A DNA stretch of 64,000 bases from Bacteroidota bacterium (GTDB lineage Bacteria > Bacteroidota > Bacteroidia > AKYH767-A > 2013-40CM-41-45), in NCBI GenBank assembly GCA_026391945.1, contig JAPLDA010000071.1, positions 1,247-65,246 on the forward strand. The letters are read 5' to 3'. Shown here piece after piece: positions 38,190 through 48,308 of this stretch. The first letter of the stretch is position 1. Each line of letters opens with the position of its first letter. Under the pieces are notes generated by a model, which had not been told where the DNA came from, did no database searches, and saw only the letters and a program-made list of their open reading frames with translations. The position numbers and the translations under genes are program-made.

Positions 38190-39077
38190 TTAATACCCGA
38201 TTGAAATTTTATCCGGGTCTCCTTCCTGCGGACGAATGCTCATCACTGGAATTTTTGAATGGTTCACCACCTGTTGGGCAAAAGAACCCATGAACAAGCC
38301 GGCGCTTTCCTGTTCCGTCATGATGATGATTAAATCGGCATTGATCTGCGTTGCATAATCCATGGTCATGCCGGCGATGTTATCCCCTTTAAAAACTTTT
38401 ACTGTATAGGGAATTTCATGTTGCTCGACATATTCTTTTACCTGGTGAACCTTGACTTCAAACCTTCGCTGCATCTCCACATCATTCATGGTCATGATGC
38501 CGGCGATGTGAACCACGGAATTGTAATGTTTGGCAAGTTCAACGGCATGCTTCACCTTCTGCCTTGATACAGAAGAATTATCAATCGGCAGCACAATATC
38601 TTTGAATCCTATTTTTTTTGCATGAGTCTGAACCGTTATAACCGGGCAGGGAGCACCCATCACCACACGATAGGAATTACTTCCCATCAGGAATTCCTGG
38701 AACCCGCTTGAGCCATGAGTTCCCATGACGAGGATATCAATACTTTTTTCTTCTGCAACGTTGATGATCTTCTTGTATATCTTTCCAACTTCGGCATAAC
38801 AATGAACCGTCATCCCGCTGCCACGGTGAAGTTTGTCGGCAATCTCTTTGAGCCTGGCTTTGGCCGATGTTTCAATCTTGGATTCATATTCACTCTGTGA
38901 TTTCGAAAAAGCGCTGCTAATCGTTGAGGTAAAGGAATATGATTCGATCACATGCAACAGGTGGATTTCGGCTTTATGAAGTTTTGCCATGAACGTGGCG
39001 TGTTCCAGCGCAAGTTCTGCTGTCTCGGAAAAATCGTACGGGATCAGGATCTTTTGAATGTGAAATTTTTTGCTCAT
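38190..39077 (-). CDS. Tandem-domain universal stress protein
   Basis: Two UspA domains (…HLLHV…, …VMGTHGSSGFQEFLMGS…). Confidence 0.75.
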   Translation of the reverse strand: MSKKFHIQKILIPYDFSETAELALEHATFMAKLHKAEIHLLHVIESYSFTSTISSAFSKSQSEYESKIETSAKARLKEIADKLHRGSGMTVHCYAEVGKIYKKIINVAEEKSIDILVMGTHGSSGFQEFLMGSNSYRVVMGAPCPVITVQTHAKKIGFKDIVLPIDNSSVSRQKVKHAVELAKHYNSVVHIAGIMTMNDVEMQRRFEVKVHQVKEYVEQHEIPYTVKVFKGDNIAGMTMDYATQINADLIIIMTEQESAGLFMGSFAQQVVNHSKIPVMSIRPQEGDPDKISIGY

Positions 39078-39095
39078 GATGTGGTGGTGTTGAGA

Positions 39096-39965
39096 TTAAT
39101 ATTCGAAAACCGATAGCGTGGTGTTCTTCCTGACTACCGGCCTGATGCTGAGTACGGGGATGTCGGTTCCGTTGATGATTTCCTGGGCTTCTGAACTGAT
39201 AAACATGTTGGTCCAATTCATTTCTTCCTGGGTCATGATCAGGATCAGGTCTGATTTGATTTTCCTGGCGTACTTCACCACTTCATCAGAAATATCCGAT
39301 CCATGAATGTATTCCACGGAACAAGATACATCATGTTGTTTTATAAAATCATGCACCTGGTCCATCTGGCGTTTCAACTTATTAACAATAAACTCATCAT
39401 CCGAAGTCAATACGGTAATGAGGTTAATCACCGAACCAAACAACCTCGCGATCTCAATGCCTTTCATCACTTTTTCTTTCGTTTCCTTGGTCAGATCGAG
39501 TGGCAGGACAATGTGTTTACAACCGAGACGGTGTTTCTTACCCCTGATGGTAATGACCGGGCAGGGTGATTCACGGATAACACGCAACGAATTGGATCCT
39601 ATGAATTTTTTTATTCCGCTTCCACCGCTGGTTCCCATAACGATAAAAGAACACTTTAGTTTTCTGGCGGCCTTCTGGATCTCCTCATAAACTTTTCCCC
39701 TGGCGATCATGGTTTCTACCTTGATACCGGATTTCTCGGTGGTATCATGAGCAAGTTTTTCAAGTTCCTTCCGGATTTTCTTTTCCATCGACTTATCTTC
39801 CTTCTTCTTCTTAAAGATCGGAAGCTGAAAAGATTCTTCGATGACATAGAGCAGCGTAAGGGTTGCTTTGGTAAGACGAGCCAGGTTGTACGACTGTCCA
39901 AGCGCAATAAATGATTGTTCAGAAAAGTCAACAGGAACAAGAATATGATTTCTTAAAACGGCCAT
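39096..39965 (-). CDS. Tandem-domain universal stress protein (paralog)
   Basis: Two UspA domains (…MGTSGGSGIKKFIGSNS…). Confidence 0.75.
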   Translation of the reverse strand: MAVLRNHILVPVDFSEQSFIALGQSYNLARLTKATLTLLYVIEESFQLPIFKKKKEDKSMEKKIRKELEKLAHDTTEKSGIKVETMIARGKVYEEIQKAARKLKCSFIVMGTSGGSGIKKFIGSNSLRVIRESPCPVITIRGKKHRLGCKHIVLPLDLTKETKEKVMKGIEIARLFGSVINLITVLTSDDEFIVNKLKRQMDQVHDFIKQHDVSCSVEYIHGSDISDEVVKYARKIKSDLILIMTQEEMNWTNMFISSEAQEIINGTDIPVLSIRPVVRKNTTLSVFEY

Positions 39966-40016
39966 AGCGTGGAAAATAATTTCTTAATATTGAGCAAAAA
40001 TAATTTATTCAGGCAC

Positions 40017-40892
40017 ATGAACAAAATACCGGAATCAGAACTTATCCTCAACGATGATAACAGTGTATATCATCTTAATCTCCAGCCAGAAGAATTAGCC
40101 CATACCGTCATCAATGTCGGTGATCCTGACCGTGTTGCCATGGTGAGCAGGTTTTTTGACAAAATTGAGTTCCGGAAACAAAAACGGGAATTCGTCACCC
40201 ATACAGGCACCTATAAAGGCAAAAGGATCACCGTCCTCTCAACAGGGATCGGTACTGATAACATCGACATCGTATACAATGAACTCGATGCACTGGTAAA
40301 CATTGACCTGGGAAAAAGGACCATCAAGGAAAAACTGACTTCATTGAACCTGGTCAGAATCGGAACATCCGGTTCATTGCAAACCGATATTCCTGTCGAC
40401 GGATTTGTTTTTTCTCAATTCGGACTTGGCCTGGATGGTTTGATGAACTTTTACAAGTTTGAGAATACGGAAGAAGAGAAAACCATCATCGAATCATTCC
40501 GGAAACATTATATCGGCCAGGGTATTTTGCCTCAATCCTATCTTGTTCGCTCATCCTCAAAACTGGAAAGCGCGCTTAGTGATGGTATGTTCAAGGGAAT
40601 TACAGCCAGTTGTTCAGGATTTTATGCTCCACAGGGAAGAGTGCTTCGCTATGAACTGGCATTCCCGGATGTCATCGACAGGCTCACCAGTTTTAAATCC
40701 GGGAATCATCTCATTACCAATTTTGAAATGGAAACAGGAGCCATGTACGGACTGGCAAAAATACTTGGCCATCATTGCTGTTCAATCAACGCCATTGTGG
40801 CGAACCGGAAAACAAAGGAACACACGCACAAAGGCGATGAAACGATGAACCAACTGATCGAACTTGTACTCGACAGGCTGGCAAAGATTTAA
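40017..40892 (+). CDS. PNP/UDP-family nucleoside phosphorylase
   Basis: …GDPDRV…TGIGTDNIDIV…FEMETGA…. Confidence 0.7.
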   Translation: MNKIPESELILNDDNSVYHLNLQPEELAHTVINVGDPDRVAMVSRFFDKIEFRKQKREFVTHTGTYKGKRITVLSTGIGTDNIDIVYNELDALVNIDLGKRTIKEKLTSLNLVRIGTSGSLQTDIPVDGFVFSQFGLGLDGLMNFYKFENTEEEKTIIESFRKHYIGQGILPQSYLVRSSSKLESALSDGMFKGITASCSGFYAPQGRVLRYELAFPDVIDRLTSFKSGNHLITNFEMETGAMYGLAKILGHHCCSINAIVANRKTKEHTHKGDETMNQLIELVLDRLAKI

Positions 40893-40949
40893 AATAAAAC
40901 TTATGAATTAAAACAGGAGTCTGCGGGCAGAACTTTACAAAGTGAAGAA

Positions 40950-42569
40950 TCACTCCATCACTATTTTTCCTTTCCGGGAAAAACCGGTTTCATTCCTCAG
41001 TTCATAAAAATAAATTCCCGCCGAAAAATTTCTCCCGGAAATTTTTGTCCGGGTTTCATCCACTTGTTTTATTCTGACGACCGGCCTTCCGGTAACATCT
41101 TTTATTTCGAATTGAAAAGGACCAAACTGTTCCAATAATTCACCGCTGACAAAAAGGTTGGATGATTCGAAGAACGGATTCGGAAAAACAGAAACCTCGT
41201 CAGGATTATTTTTTTCATTTACATCGGTAAGGTCAGGCACCAATTGAACATTCAACATGGTAAGATTTCCATTCGACAATACAACTCCATGGATGGTTTT
41301 GGTGATGTAGCCCGGTTTGGAATACCTCACCGAATAAGATCCGGCGACATGATAGCCTGTTTGATAAACCCCGGTAAAATCGGTACTGTCAATTAAACTC
41401 ACCGATTGAATTTCGACATGAACCAGGTTGATCGGAAAGTTTGTCAAGCTGTCGGTCACAACTCCTTCGAGGAAACAAGCCCTTACATAATTCGGTGAAA
41501 GAACATACAACCCCGTTGTTTCGCCGGTAGCCAGGATATTTCCCGAAGGAAGGTATGGATCTACATCCCAGGAAAGCCCCGTCAATATTGGGAAATTTCC
41601 CACTTCCACCAGGTTGGATGGGCGGCTTGCATCCACGATGGTAACCTGGCTTCCATAGCAGGCATTCACAAGAAAATCGTTGAGCACTCTCACATTGTGC
41701 ACTTCATCAAAATAATTTGAATTCACAATTTGTCCGACTGAATATTTATCCAGCAAACTGATGTTGTTGAGATCGGTAACGTCGAATGCTGCAAGCGGAG
41801 CATGGTTGTGTTCATCGGTGGTAAACAACGTATGGCTGTTGTCGGACAGCCAGGCATTGTGATTGAAATTCCCGGGGGTGGCTTGATTCGCAAGAAATAC
41901 CGGGCTTGATTTATTGCTGATATCAAAAACAGAAAACCCGGCATTCAAATCACTGGTCCAGAGTGTATCGCCTCTGATAAAACTGTCGTGGCAATAGTTC
42001 AGCGTTTCCGCACCGACGTAATGAGGATTCAACGGATCCGCTAAATCCGCGATGATCACCCCTCTTCCGAGACTGAAAATATTATGGCCGTTGATGTAAA
42101 CAAAGCCATTGTCCATTTCAAGAGTATGCGCCTTATGAAGTTGCCCGGCTATCAACCCGTCGCCATGCCAGTAATGAGCCGGTGCACTGTCAGGCAAATA
42201 ACGCAGGTCGATGATCTGCAACCCATCGTTGATGCCGTTGGTATCGATTCCTTCTGTGGTTGCATAGGCAAAGCGTCCCCATGTTTTCACTTCATGCCAG
42301 AGGTTTGAAATACCGGGAACCTGTAAAATAAAATTGGGTGATGCAGGATTCGTTACGTCCACGATTGAAATTCCATGTTCGGTACCCACCAGGGCATATT
42401 CGTGGTTCAGTGAATCCACATAATGCCAGACTCCGGCGACCCTCTGCCCCGGGAAGGAAAGAAGAGATTGCTGTGTGAGGTTTAACTGAGCACTTGATGG
42501 TGTTTTGCACAGGATGAAACCTGCAAGCAGCCAGTAGATTTTTGACAGGTGTTTCCTAAAGAATTTCAT
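40950..42569 (-). CDS. Secreted LVIVD/choice-of-anchor-B-like beta-propeller protein with carboxypeptidase-regulatory-like domain and T9SS C-terminal sorting domain
   Basis: Signal peptide; C-terminal sorting domain (…VFPNPF…IYFYEL…). Confidence 0.6.
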   Translation of the reverse strand: MKFFRKHLSKIYWLLAGFILCKTPSSAQLNLTQQSLLSFPGQRVAGVWHYVDSLNHEYALVGTEHGISIVDVTNPASPNFILQVPGISNLWHEVKTWGRFAYATTEGIDTNGINDGLQIIDLRYLPDSAPAHYWHGDGLIAGQLHKAHTLEMDNGFVYINGHNIFSLGRGVIIADLADPLNPHYVGAETLNYCHDSFIRGDTLWTSDLNAGFSVFDISNKSSPVFLANQATPGNFNHNAWLSDNSHTLFTTDEHNHAPLAAFDVTDLNNISLLDKYSVGQIVNSNYFDEVHNVRVLNDFLVNACYGSQVTIVDASRPSNLVEVGNFPILTGLSWDVDPYLPSGNILATGETTGLYVLSPNYVRACFLEGVVTDSLTNFPINLVHVEIQSVSLIDSTDFTGVYQTGYHVAGSYSVRYSKPGYITKTIHGVVLSNGNLTMLNVQLVPDLTDVNEKNNPDEVSVFPNPFFESSNLFVSGELLEQFGPFQFEIKDVTGRPVVRIKQVDETRTKISGRNFSAGIYFYELRNETGFSRKGKIVME

Positions 42570-42629
42570 TTGTTAACAGAAAGTCATGTAAAACTAATAA
42601 ATCTTTTTCCTCCGGGATAATAAACATCT

Positions 42630-42760
42630 CGGCCGCTGAGCGGTGGGGAATTACACCCCAAGATCCCGATACCCCCCTCTATCAGGATCAATCCCCAGAC
42701 GTTGCTCGGGATCAATCTCTCGACATTGCTCAGGACAGGTTCGACGTAATCGTTTCCGTG
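42630..42760. repeat. Intergenic repeat element copy A (contains AGACGTTGCTCGGGAT and a degenerate second copy TCGACATTGCTCAGGAC); copy B at 59905..59965
   Basis: Shared blocks gagcgg.ggg, agatccc, cgacgttgctcgggat, tcgac.taat between the two loci. Confidence 0.6.
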
Positions 42761-42949
42761 CACCTGCCAGGGCGAATTTCTAAAACGATAGTCATTGATT
42801 AAAACCGAATCTTCAGCCGGATATCGAGGTTTTGAAAATGTTTCAGTAGTGATCAACAAAATATTCCAACAGATTTTTGTTCATAATTAACGGTCGTTTT
42901 CAGCATCTCATTTTCTTCATCCTTGTATAAGGAGTAAGAAAAAAATAAA

Positions 42950-43819
42950 ATGAACCCGAAAGAAATAAACAGCCTGATCAAACTGCTCGATGATACCGAT
43001 GCGGAAATTTACCAGCAGATAGAAGCGAAACTGGTGACGATGGGAAAGGAAGTAATCCCGATCCTCGAAAGTGCCTGGAGCAGCTCACTGGATGCCCTGA
43101 TGCAGCATCGCATCGAAAACATCATTCATAAAATTCAACTGGAAGAACTGCAACACGATGTTCGTGTGTGGGCGCATGCCGGCGGACATGACATCATCAA
43201 AGGAGCGATGCTGGTGGCGAAGTATCAATACCCGGATCTCAACGAAGAAAACCTGCGGGTGCAGCTCGACAAGATCACCCGCGATGCCTGGCTGGAGATG
43301 AACGACAACCTGACGGCGCTGGAACAGGTGAAAGTCCTCAACAGGATCTTTTTTGACATTCACGGATTCGGCGGCAACACCCAGAATTATCATGCGCCGC
43401 AAAATTCCTACATCAACATTGTGATGGAAACAAAAAAAGCGAACCCGCTGATGCTCTCCATCCTTTACCTGGAAGTGGCGCGTTCGGCCGGTGTTCCGGT
43501 GTACGGGGTGAATCTGCCAGAACATTTCGTGCTTTGTTACAAGGATGAAGAAGCCATCCTGCCCATTTTCACAGAAGAAAGTCAGCCGGGAATTTTGTTT
43601 TACATCAACCCGTTCAGCAAAGGCGATATTTTCGGGAGGAAGGAAATTGATAATTTCCTGAAGCAATTAAAAATAGAAGCGGATAAAAGTTATTACGAGC
43701 CCTGCACCAACCTCGAAATGATACAACGGCTGATCCGTAACCTGATGAATTCATACCACAAACTTGGATTCATGGAAAAAGTGGAAGAGCTGAATTTGCT
43801 GATGCGAGCGACGGAATAA
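42950..43819 (+). CDS. Hypothetical protein, possibly transglutaminase-like/SirB1-like
   Basis: Weak recollection only. Confidence 0.3.
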   Translation: MNPKEINSLIKLLDDTDAEIYQQIEAKLVTMGKEVIPILESAWSSSLDALMQHRIENIIHKIQLEELQHDVRVWAHAGGHDIIKGAMLVAKYQYPDLNEENLRVQLDKITRDAWLEMNDNLTALEQVKVLNRIFFDIHGFGGNTQNYHAPQNSYINIVMETKKANPLMLSILYLEVARSAGVPVYGVNLPEHFVLCYKDEEAILPIFTEESQPGILFYINPFSKGDIFGRKEIDNFLKQLKIEADKSYYEPCTNLEMIQRLIRNLMNSYHKLGFMEKVEELNLLMRATE

Positions 43820-43822
43820 CGT

Positions 43823-44437
43823 TCAGAAAATTTTTAATAGTGTTTTTGCAAGGATGCAGAAGTAGTTTCCGATGGTCGGGTGATCGATGTATTTCATGTT
43901 CAGTATTATTTTATCCGGCATGATTTCTTCGACATACGTTTTAAGCGGATCGGTTGATTTCCCAAGCAATTCATTTTCATCAGCATATTCAATGGAAGCA
44001 TAATCCGTGATTCCGGGTTTAACGGTGAGCACTTTGCGCTGCTTCTCAGAATACAAGTCAACATATTTCCTGACTTCCGGCCTCGGGCCCACAAGGCTCA
44101 TCTGACCAACCAGGACATTCACGAGTTGGGGCAATTCATCCAGTTTGAATTTCCTTAGAAAATATCCGGCGCCAGTAATCCTTGGGTCTTTTTTACCCAC
44201 CGTAATCTGTCCGGTTTTCTCTGAATCTATTCGCATCGTTCTGAATTTCCACAGAGTAAAATCCACCCCGTTCTTCCCTACTCTATTCTGCAGAAACAAA
44301 ACTCCTCCTTTTGAACCGACGATCACGAAGACGGAAATGATTAAGAAGACAGGAGACAGAATGATCAGTCCGCACAATGAAAATAAAAGATCAAAAAAGC
44401 GAATAAGAAAGCTGTTCATTGTGGCTGCGGTGATCAC
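43823..44437 (-). CDS. Bacterial sugar transferase (monotopic initiating phosphoglycosyltransferase, PglC/WbaP C-domain type)
   Basis: …FKLDELPQL…VGPRPE… motifs; single N-terminal re-entrant helix. Confidence 0.8.
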   Translation of the reverse strand: MITAATMNSFLIRFFDLLFSLCGLIILSPVFLIISVFVIVGSKGGVLFLQNRVGKNGVDFTLWKFRTMRIDSEKTGQITVGKKDPRITGAGYFLRKFKLDELPQLVNVLVGQMSLVGPRPEVRKYVDLYSEKQRKVLTVKPGITDYASIEYADENELLGKSTDPLKTYVEEIMPDKIILNMKYIDHPTIGNYFCILAKTLLKIF

Positions 44438-44445
44438 CGCTGTAA

Positions 44446-45777
44446 TTATTTTTTCGGCATCATCCAGTTGAAAATATCCTGGATCACATACAATGGTACA
44501 TTACCTGTTTTATCGTACTCCGCAGGATTGCTTTTCCCCTGCCCTTCCTGGAACAGGTGATTCAGTTTCGGGTACAACTTAAACTGGATATTTTTTTTGC
44601 CGGTCAATTCCTTTTTCCACAGGTTGAAATCCTCCATGGGAACCTGGTAGTCACGTTCGCCGTGCAAGATATAAACGGGAATATTAGTTTCTTTCACAGC
44701 TTCCACCTGGTGATAAGCATTGAGATCGATCCAATAGGACTTAGGCAGCGACAACAGGTACTTCACCGTAGAATCGGATGCTGAAGCAGCATCGAGTTTC
44801 TTAATTTTATCGCGTTGGGATTTCAACGAATCAAGCATGACCTTCCTCCGTTCAGTGAGACTGTCCTTTGTGAAAATATATTGGGTTTGTTCATAGAGGA
44901 TATCCTCCAGAGGGCCGGCATTGGCAGCGACCATGAACAATCCGGCAACTCCTTTGACCTGGGTAGCAATTCTTGGCAGCAACATGCCACCCATGGCATG
45001 TCCGAGAAGAAATATCCTGGAAGAATCAATGGCTGGATATTTTTTCAGAAACTGAACAGCAGCCACGGCATCATCCATGGTTTCTTCTTTCACGGTAAGC
45101 CGGCTCCTGTTGGAAGCCATCCTCCCGGTATAAACCCTGGATCTTTTGTCGTATCTCAGAACAGCCACTCCCTTGGTGGCTAAGCCTAAAGCAACGTCTT
45201 TGAACATTTTTGTTGAGCCAACCGTTTCATCCCGGTCATTCGGGCCGGAACCATGAATCAAAACCACGACAGGAAACTTTGAACCTTTTACGGGAAGCGA
45301 AAGTGTTCCGGGTAGCGTCAACTCTCCCGAAGTGATTTTTATTTCCTTTTCAATTACCCTGGTTGAATCATAATAAGCGGGCAACTTATAATGTTCGACA
45401 GGATGATTGGGAACAAGCGCCAGGCTGGTGATCTTATCTTTTTTACTGAAGACCAGTCTGAAATCGATGTTCTTTTTTTCAAACGACAGGAACTGTGTCA
45501 CCACTGAAAAATTAGCTTCAATATTTTCCCGCACATCGTTTGTCTTCACATAAACACCGGACTGCTGGGTGATGCTTTTCCACACCTGGGAAATTTTTTC
45601 TTTTGGAAATCGTTTTGCGGCCGCCGAGTCAAATAACAAAAGAGCCTGTTCGAAGTCACCTTTCACGAACTGGTTCAGAACGGTTGCTGCGATTTCTTTC
45701 CGGCTGCTTTTTTTATCCTGCGCCATCACATGGAAACATGCAGTTGAGAGGAATAACAATGCTAAGATTTTTTTCAT
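44446..45777 (-). CDS. Secreted alpha/beta-hydrolase-fold protein with N-terminal DUF3887-like domain; the nucleophile position reads GHAMGG
   Basis: Oxyanion HGSGP, elbow GHAMGG (Ala at codon 44995..44997), later Asp (HGERD) and His. Confidence 0.6.
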   Translation of the reverse strand: MKKILALLFLSTACFHVMAQDKKSSRKEIAATVLNQFVKGDFEQALLLFDSAAAKRFPKEKISQVWKSITQQSGVYVKTNDVRENIEANFSVVTQFLSFEKKNIDFRLVFSKKDKITSLALVPNHPVEHYKLPAYYDSTRVIEKEIKITSGELTLPGTLSLPVKGSKFPVVVLIHGSGPNDRDETVGSTKMFKDVALGLATKGVAVLRYDKRSRVYTGRMASNRSRLTVKEETMDDAVAAVQFLKKYPAIDSSRIFLLGHAMGGMLLPRIATQVKGVAGLFMVAANAGPLEDILYEQTQYIFTKDSLTERRKVMLDSLKSQRDKIKKLDAASASDSTVKYLLSLPKSYWIDLNAYHQVEAVKETNIPVYILHGERDYQVPMEDFNLWKKELTGKKNIQFKLYPKLNHLFQEGQGKSNPAEYDKTGNVPLYVIQDIFNWMMPKK

Positions 45778-45786
45778 ATTGAATTA

Positions 45787-47016
45787 TTATTTTGATTTTA
45801 TTATTTCATCAACAGATTCGCTGACCGCCATGATCACCTGTTCCACCTGGTTTTCCAATAAATCATAATAGACCGGCAAAGATATCTCATTGCTGTAAAG
45901 CCGGAACGTATTCGGATAATTTTTGATGTCGTAACCCAGCGACTTGTAAAACGACATCATGGGAACCGGAATAAAGTGAACATTTACTGAAACATCGCGG
46001 TTGAATATTTTTTGCAGGATGGCGTCACGTTGCTCTTCTGAAACGTTCTTTATTCTTAACGGATACAGATGATACGAAGACTCTAATTCGTAATTCGTAA
46101 TTCGTAATTCGTATTTGGGTAAAATGGCCCATTCATATTGAGTCAGCGCTTCCGAATATTTTTCACAAATCCATTTTCTTTTTTTCAACGTGTCGTTGTC
46201 GTAACGCTTAAGTTCCACCAGTCCGATAGAAGCCAGAATATCGGTCATGTTGCATTTGTAACCGGCTTCCACAACATCGTAGCGCCAGTTTCCCTTTTGC
46301 GTTTTTGCCAATGCATCCTTATCCTGTCCGTGCAGCGCTTTCACACAAAGCTTCTGATAAATTTCATCGTTGTTAAAGGGCAACGGTAAATTCAGGGCAA
46401 TTGATCCGCCTTCAGCCGTTGTCAGATTTTTCACGGCATGAAAAGAAAAAACAGAAACATCCGTGAGTGATCCCGTTCTTTTACCATGGTACCATGCTCC
46501 CAGTGAATGGGCGGCGTCCGACAGGATGAGAATACGTCCCAGCATTTTTTGTTCAGAGGTCGTTGTCGAAAATTTTTCTTTTATCTCTTTCTTTTCAACC
46601 AATGCCTGGATGGATTGGTAATCGCAAGGCATCCCGCCGAAATCGACAGGCATGATCACCTTTGTTTTCGAAGTGATCGCCTTTTCAATTTCAATTATGT
46701 TGATGTTGAAATCATCGTTCACATCTACAAATACCGGCTTCGCTCCACAGTGAATGATGACATTTGCTGTTGCTGAATACGTGTAAGCCGGCAGGATCAC
46801 TTCATCGCCTTCCTTCACACCAAACCACCGGAGCATCAGTTCCAGTCCGGCTGTGGCAGAATTCAGGCATAAGGTGGCTTTGTTACCACAATATTCCGTC
46901 AGCTTTTTTTCAAACAGTTTCGTTTTCGGTCCGGTTGTAATCCAGCCCGACTTCAGCGTTTCAGTAACGGCGTCAATTATTTCCTGGTCGATGCGGGGAG
47001 GGGAAAATGGGATCAT
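45787..47016 (-). CDS. DegT/DnrJ/EryC1/StrS-family PLP-dependent sugar aminotransferase
   Basis: …SGWITTGPK…NSATAGLEL… and PLP-Lys region (…FSFHAVKNLT…). Confidence 0.8.
   Translation of the reverse strand: MIPFSPPRIDQEIIDAVTETLKSGWITTGPKTKLFEKKLTEYCGNKATLCLNSATAGLELMLRWFGVKEGDEVILPAYTYSATANVIIHCGAKPVFVDVNDDFNINIIEIEKAITSKTKVIMPVDFGGMPCDYQSIQALVEKKEIKEKFSTTTSEQKMLGRILILSDAAHSLGAWYHGKRTGSLTDVSVFSFHAVKNLTTAEGGSIALNLPLPFNNDEIYQKLCVKALHGQDKDALAKTQKGNWRYDVVEAGYKCNMTDILASIGLVELKRYDNDTLKKRKWICEKYSEALTQYEWAILPKYELRITNYELESSYHLYPLRIKNVSEEQRDAILQKIFNRDVSVNVHFIPVPMMSFYKSLGYDIKNYPNTFRLYSNEISLPVYYDLLENQVEQVIMAVSESVDEIIKSK
46084..46111. repeat. (TAATTCG)x4 perfect heptanucleotide tandem repeat inside the DegT CDS (encodes …YELRITNYELE…)
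   Basis: Seen in sequence. Confidence 0.9.
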
Positions 47017-48308
47017 TATGTTGCTGGATCAGGTTTGGGTGATGCTGAATCAGATTGGGAGCGAAGGTAAAACAAGATATTAAATGCCGCGAAAAATAAA
47101 ATTCCGTTCTGCTTTTCAAAAAGGCATTCCGTCATGCTGTTGAGGATGACAATGAGAAGAAAGAAAAAATAAATCCAGTCCCTGTTCTTAAAAGAAATTT
47201 TTAAGCCTGGATAATACATCAGGAACAAAGAAATCAACCCGATTAAACCCAATGCAACGAAGGTATTTAAAAACTGGTTGTGACAATTGAATCTTCCTGC
47301 AACACCGGCATTAAAATTATTTTCCCTGTAAATATTTTCCAGTTCGTCTTTAATATCGCCGGTACCAACGCCAATCAACGGACTTCGTTTTCCAAGGGCA
47401 ATGGAATATTTCCATATTTTCATATGAAGGCCTGTGCTGTTTTCATTTTCTATAATTGGTTCTTCAATTTTATTCCCAGCCGGTTGAACCGGTTCTTCCT
47501 TTATTATGGACTTTACATCATTAAACCTGTTGACATGATTCAATAAATAAAACTGAACGAGAAACAATGAAACGAGAAACAAAAAAGAAATAACATACTT
47601 CCTCCCCCATTTAACATCCTGTTTAAACCGGTACAGTAAAAACACGAATACTGTGACAAATGCAACCACGCTGGCGGTGCGTGCAGAAAGCTGGATGATG
47701 GTGACGAACAAAAAGTAGCACAAAGAAATTCCGGCGATCTTTTTCACATGGGAAAGCACATCCCATTTCCGGATCAGTTCATCCGCCAGGAAAATGATAG
47801 CCAGGTTGAGGTACATTGAAAAATAGGAAGGATGCAAAAAATGCGAATAGTACGTGTAATAAAAATAATGCGGGCTTGGATTTGCCGAATAATTCCGGTA
47901 AGAAAAAAACAGGCACAATAAAGCACCTGCCGTACACCCGGAAACAAAAATCAATTTCAGTTTTGTAAATTGTTCTTTTGAAATGATAAGTGCAGGAAAC
48001 AACAGCGGGCAAAGCAGGAATGACAACTTGGACTGAAGATCAAAAAAAGCAAAAGAAAAATTTGCTGTATAAAGAAGCCCGACCAAATGAGCCATGTAAA
48101 AAAATAAAAAAAATAAAATTTTTTTATCCTGTTTAATCACCGTAAAAGAAACCATTGCATCACCGCTAAAAAGCCACAGCAGCAGCATTGCGGCTATGCA
48201 CATCACGGATACTGACTGAAAAGAAGGAAGGAAGAACAGGAACGCAGAAAGCAAATAGAAATATGCACGCTCCTTCATCCCCAGGTTGTTTATACAGCTA
48301 AAATTCAT
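47016..48308 (-). CDS. O-antigen ligase / Wzy_C-family polytopic membrane protein
   Basis: ~11 TM helices with a large periplasmic loop. Confidence 0.55.
   Translation of the reverse strand: MNFSCINNLGMKERAYFYLLSAFLFFLPSFQSVSVMCIAAMLLLWLFSGDAMVSFTVIKQDKKILFFLFFYMAHLVGLLYTANFSFAFFDLQSKLSFLLCPLLFPALIISKEQFTKLKLIFVSGCTAGALLCLFFSYRNYSANPSPHYFYYTYYSHFLHPSYFSMYLNLAIIFLADELIRKWDVLSHVKKIAGISLCYFLFVTIIQLSARTASVVAFVTVFVFLLYRFKQDVKWGRKYVISFLFLVSLFLVQFYLLNHVNRFNDVKSIIKEEPVQPAGNKIEEPIIENENSTGLHMKIWKYSIALGKRSPLIGVGTGDIKDELENIYRENNFNAGVAGRFNCHNQFLNTFVALGLIGLISLFLMYYPGLKISFKNRDWIYFFFLLIVILNSMTECLFEKQNGILFFAAFNILFYLRSQSDSASPKPDPAT

Noticed and set aside
42584-42859. 91-aa ORF in the 42570..42950 intergenic region
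   Set aside because: Overlaps the intergenic repeat element, has no recognisable features, and the region looks like a divergent promoter. Probably non-coding.
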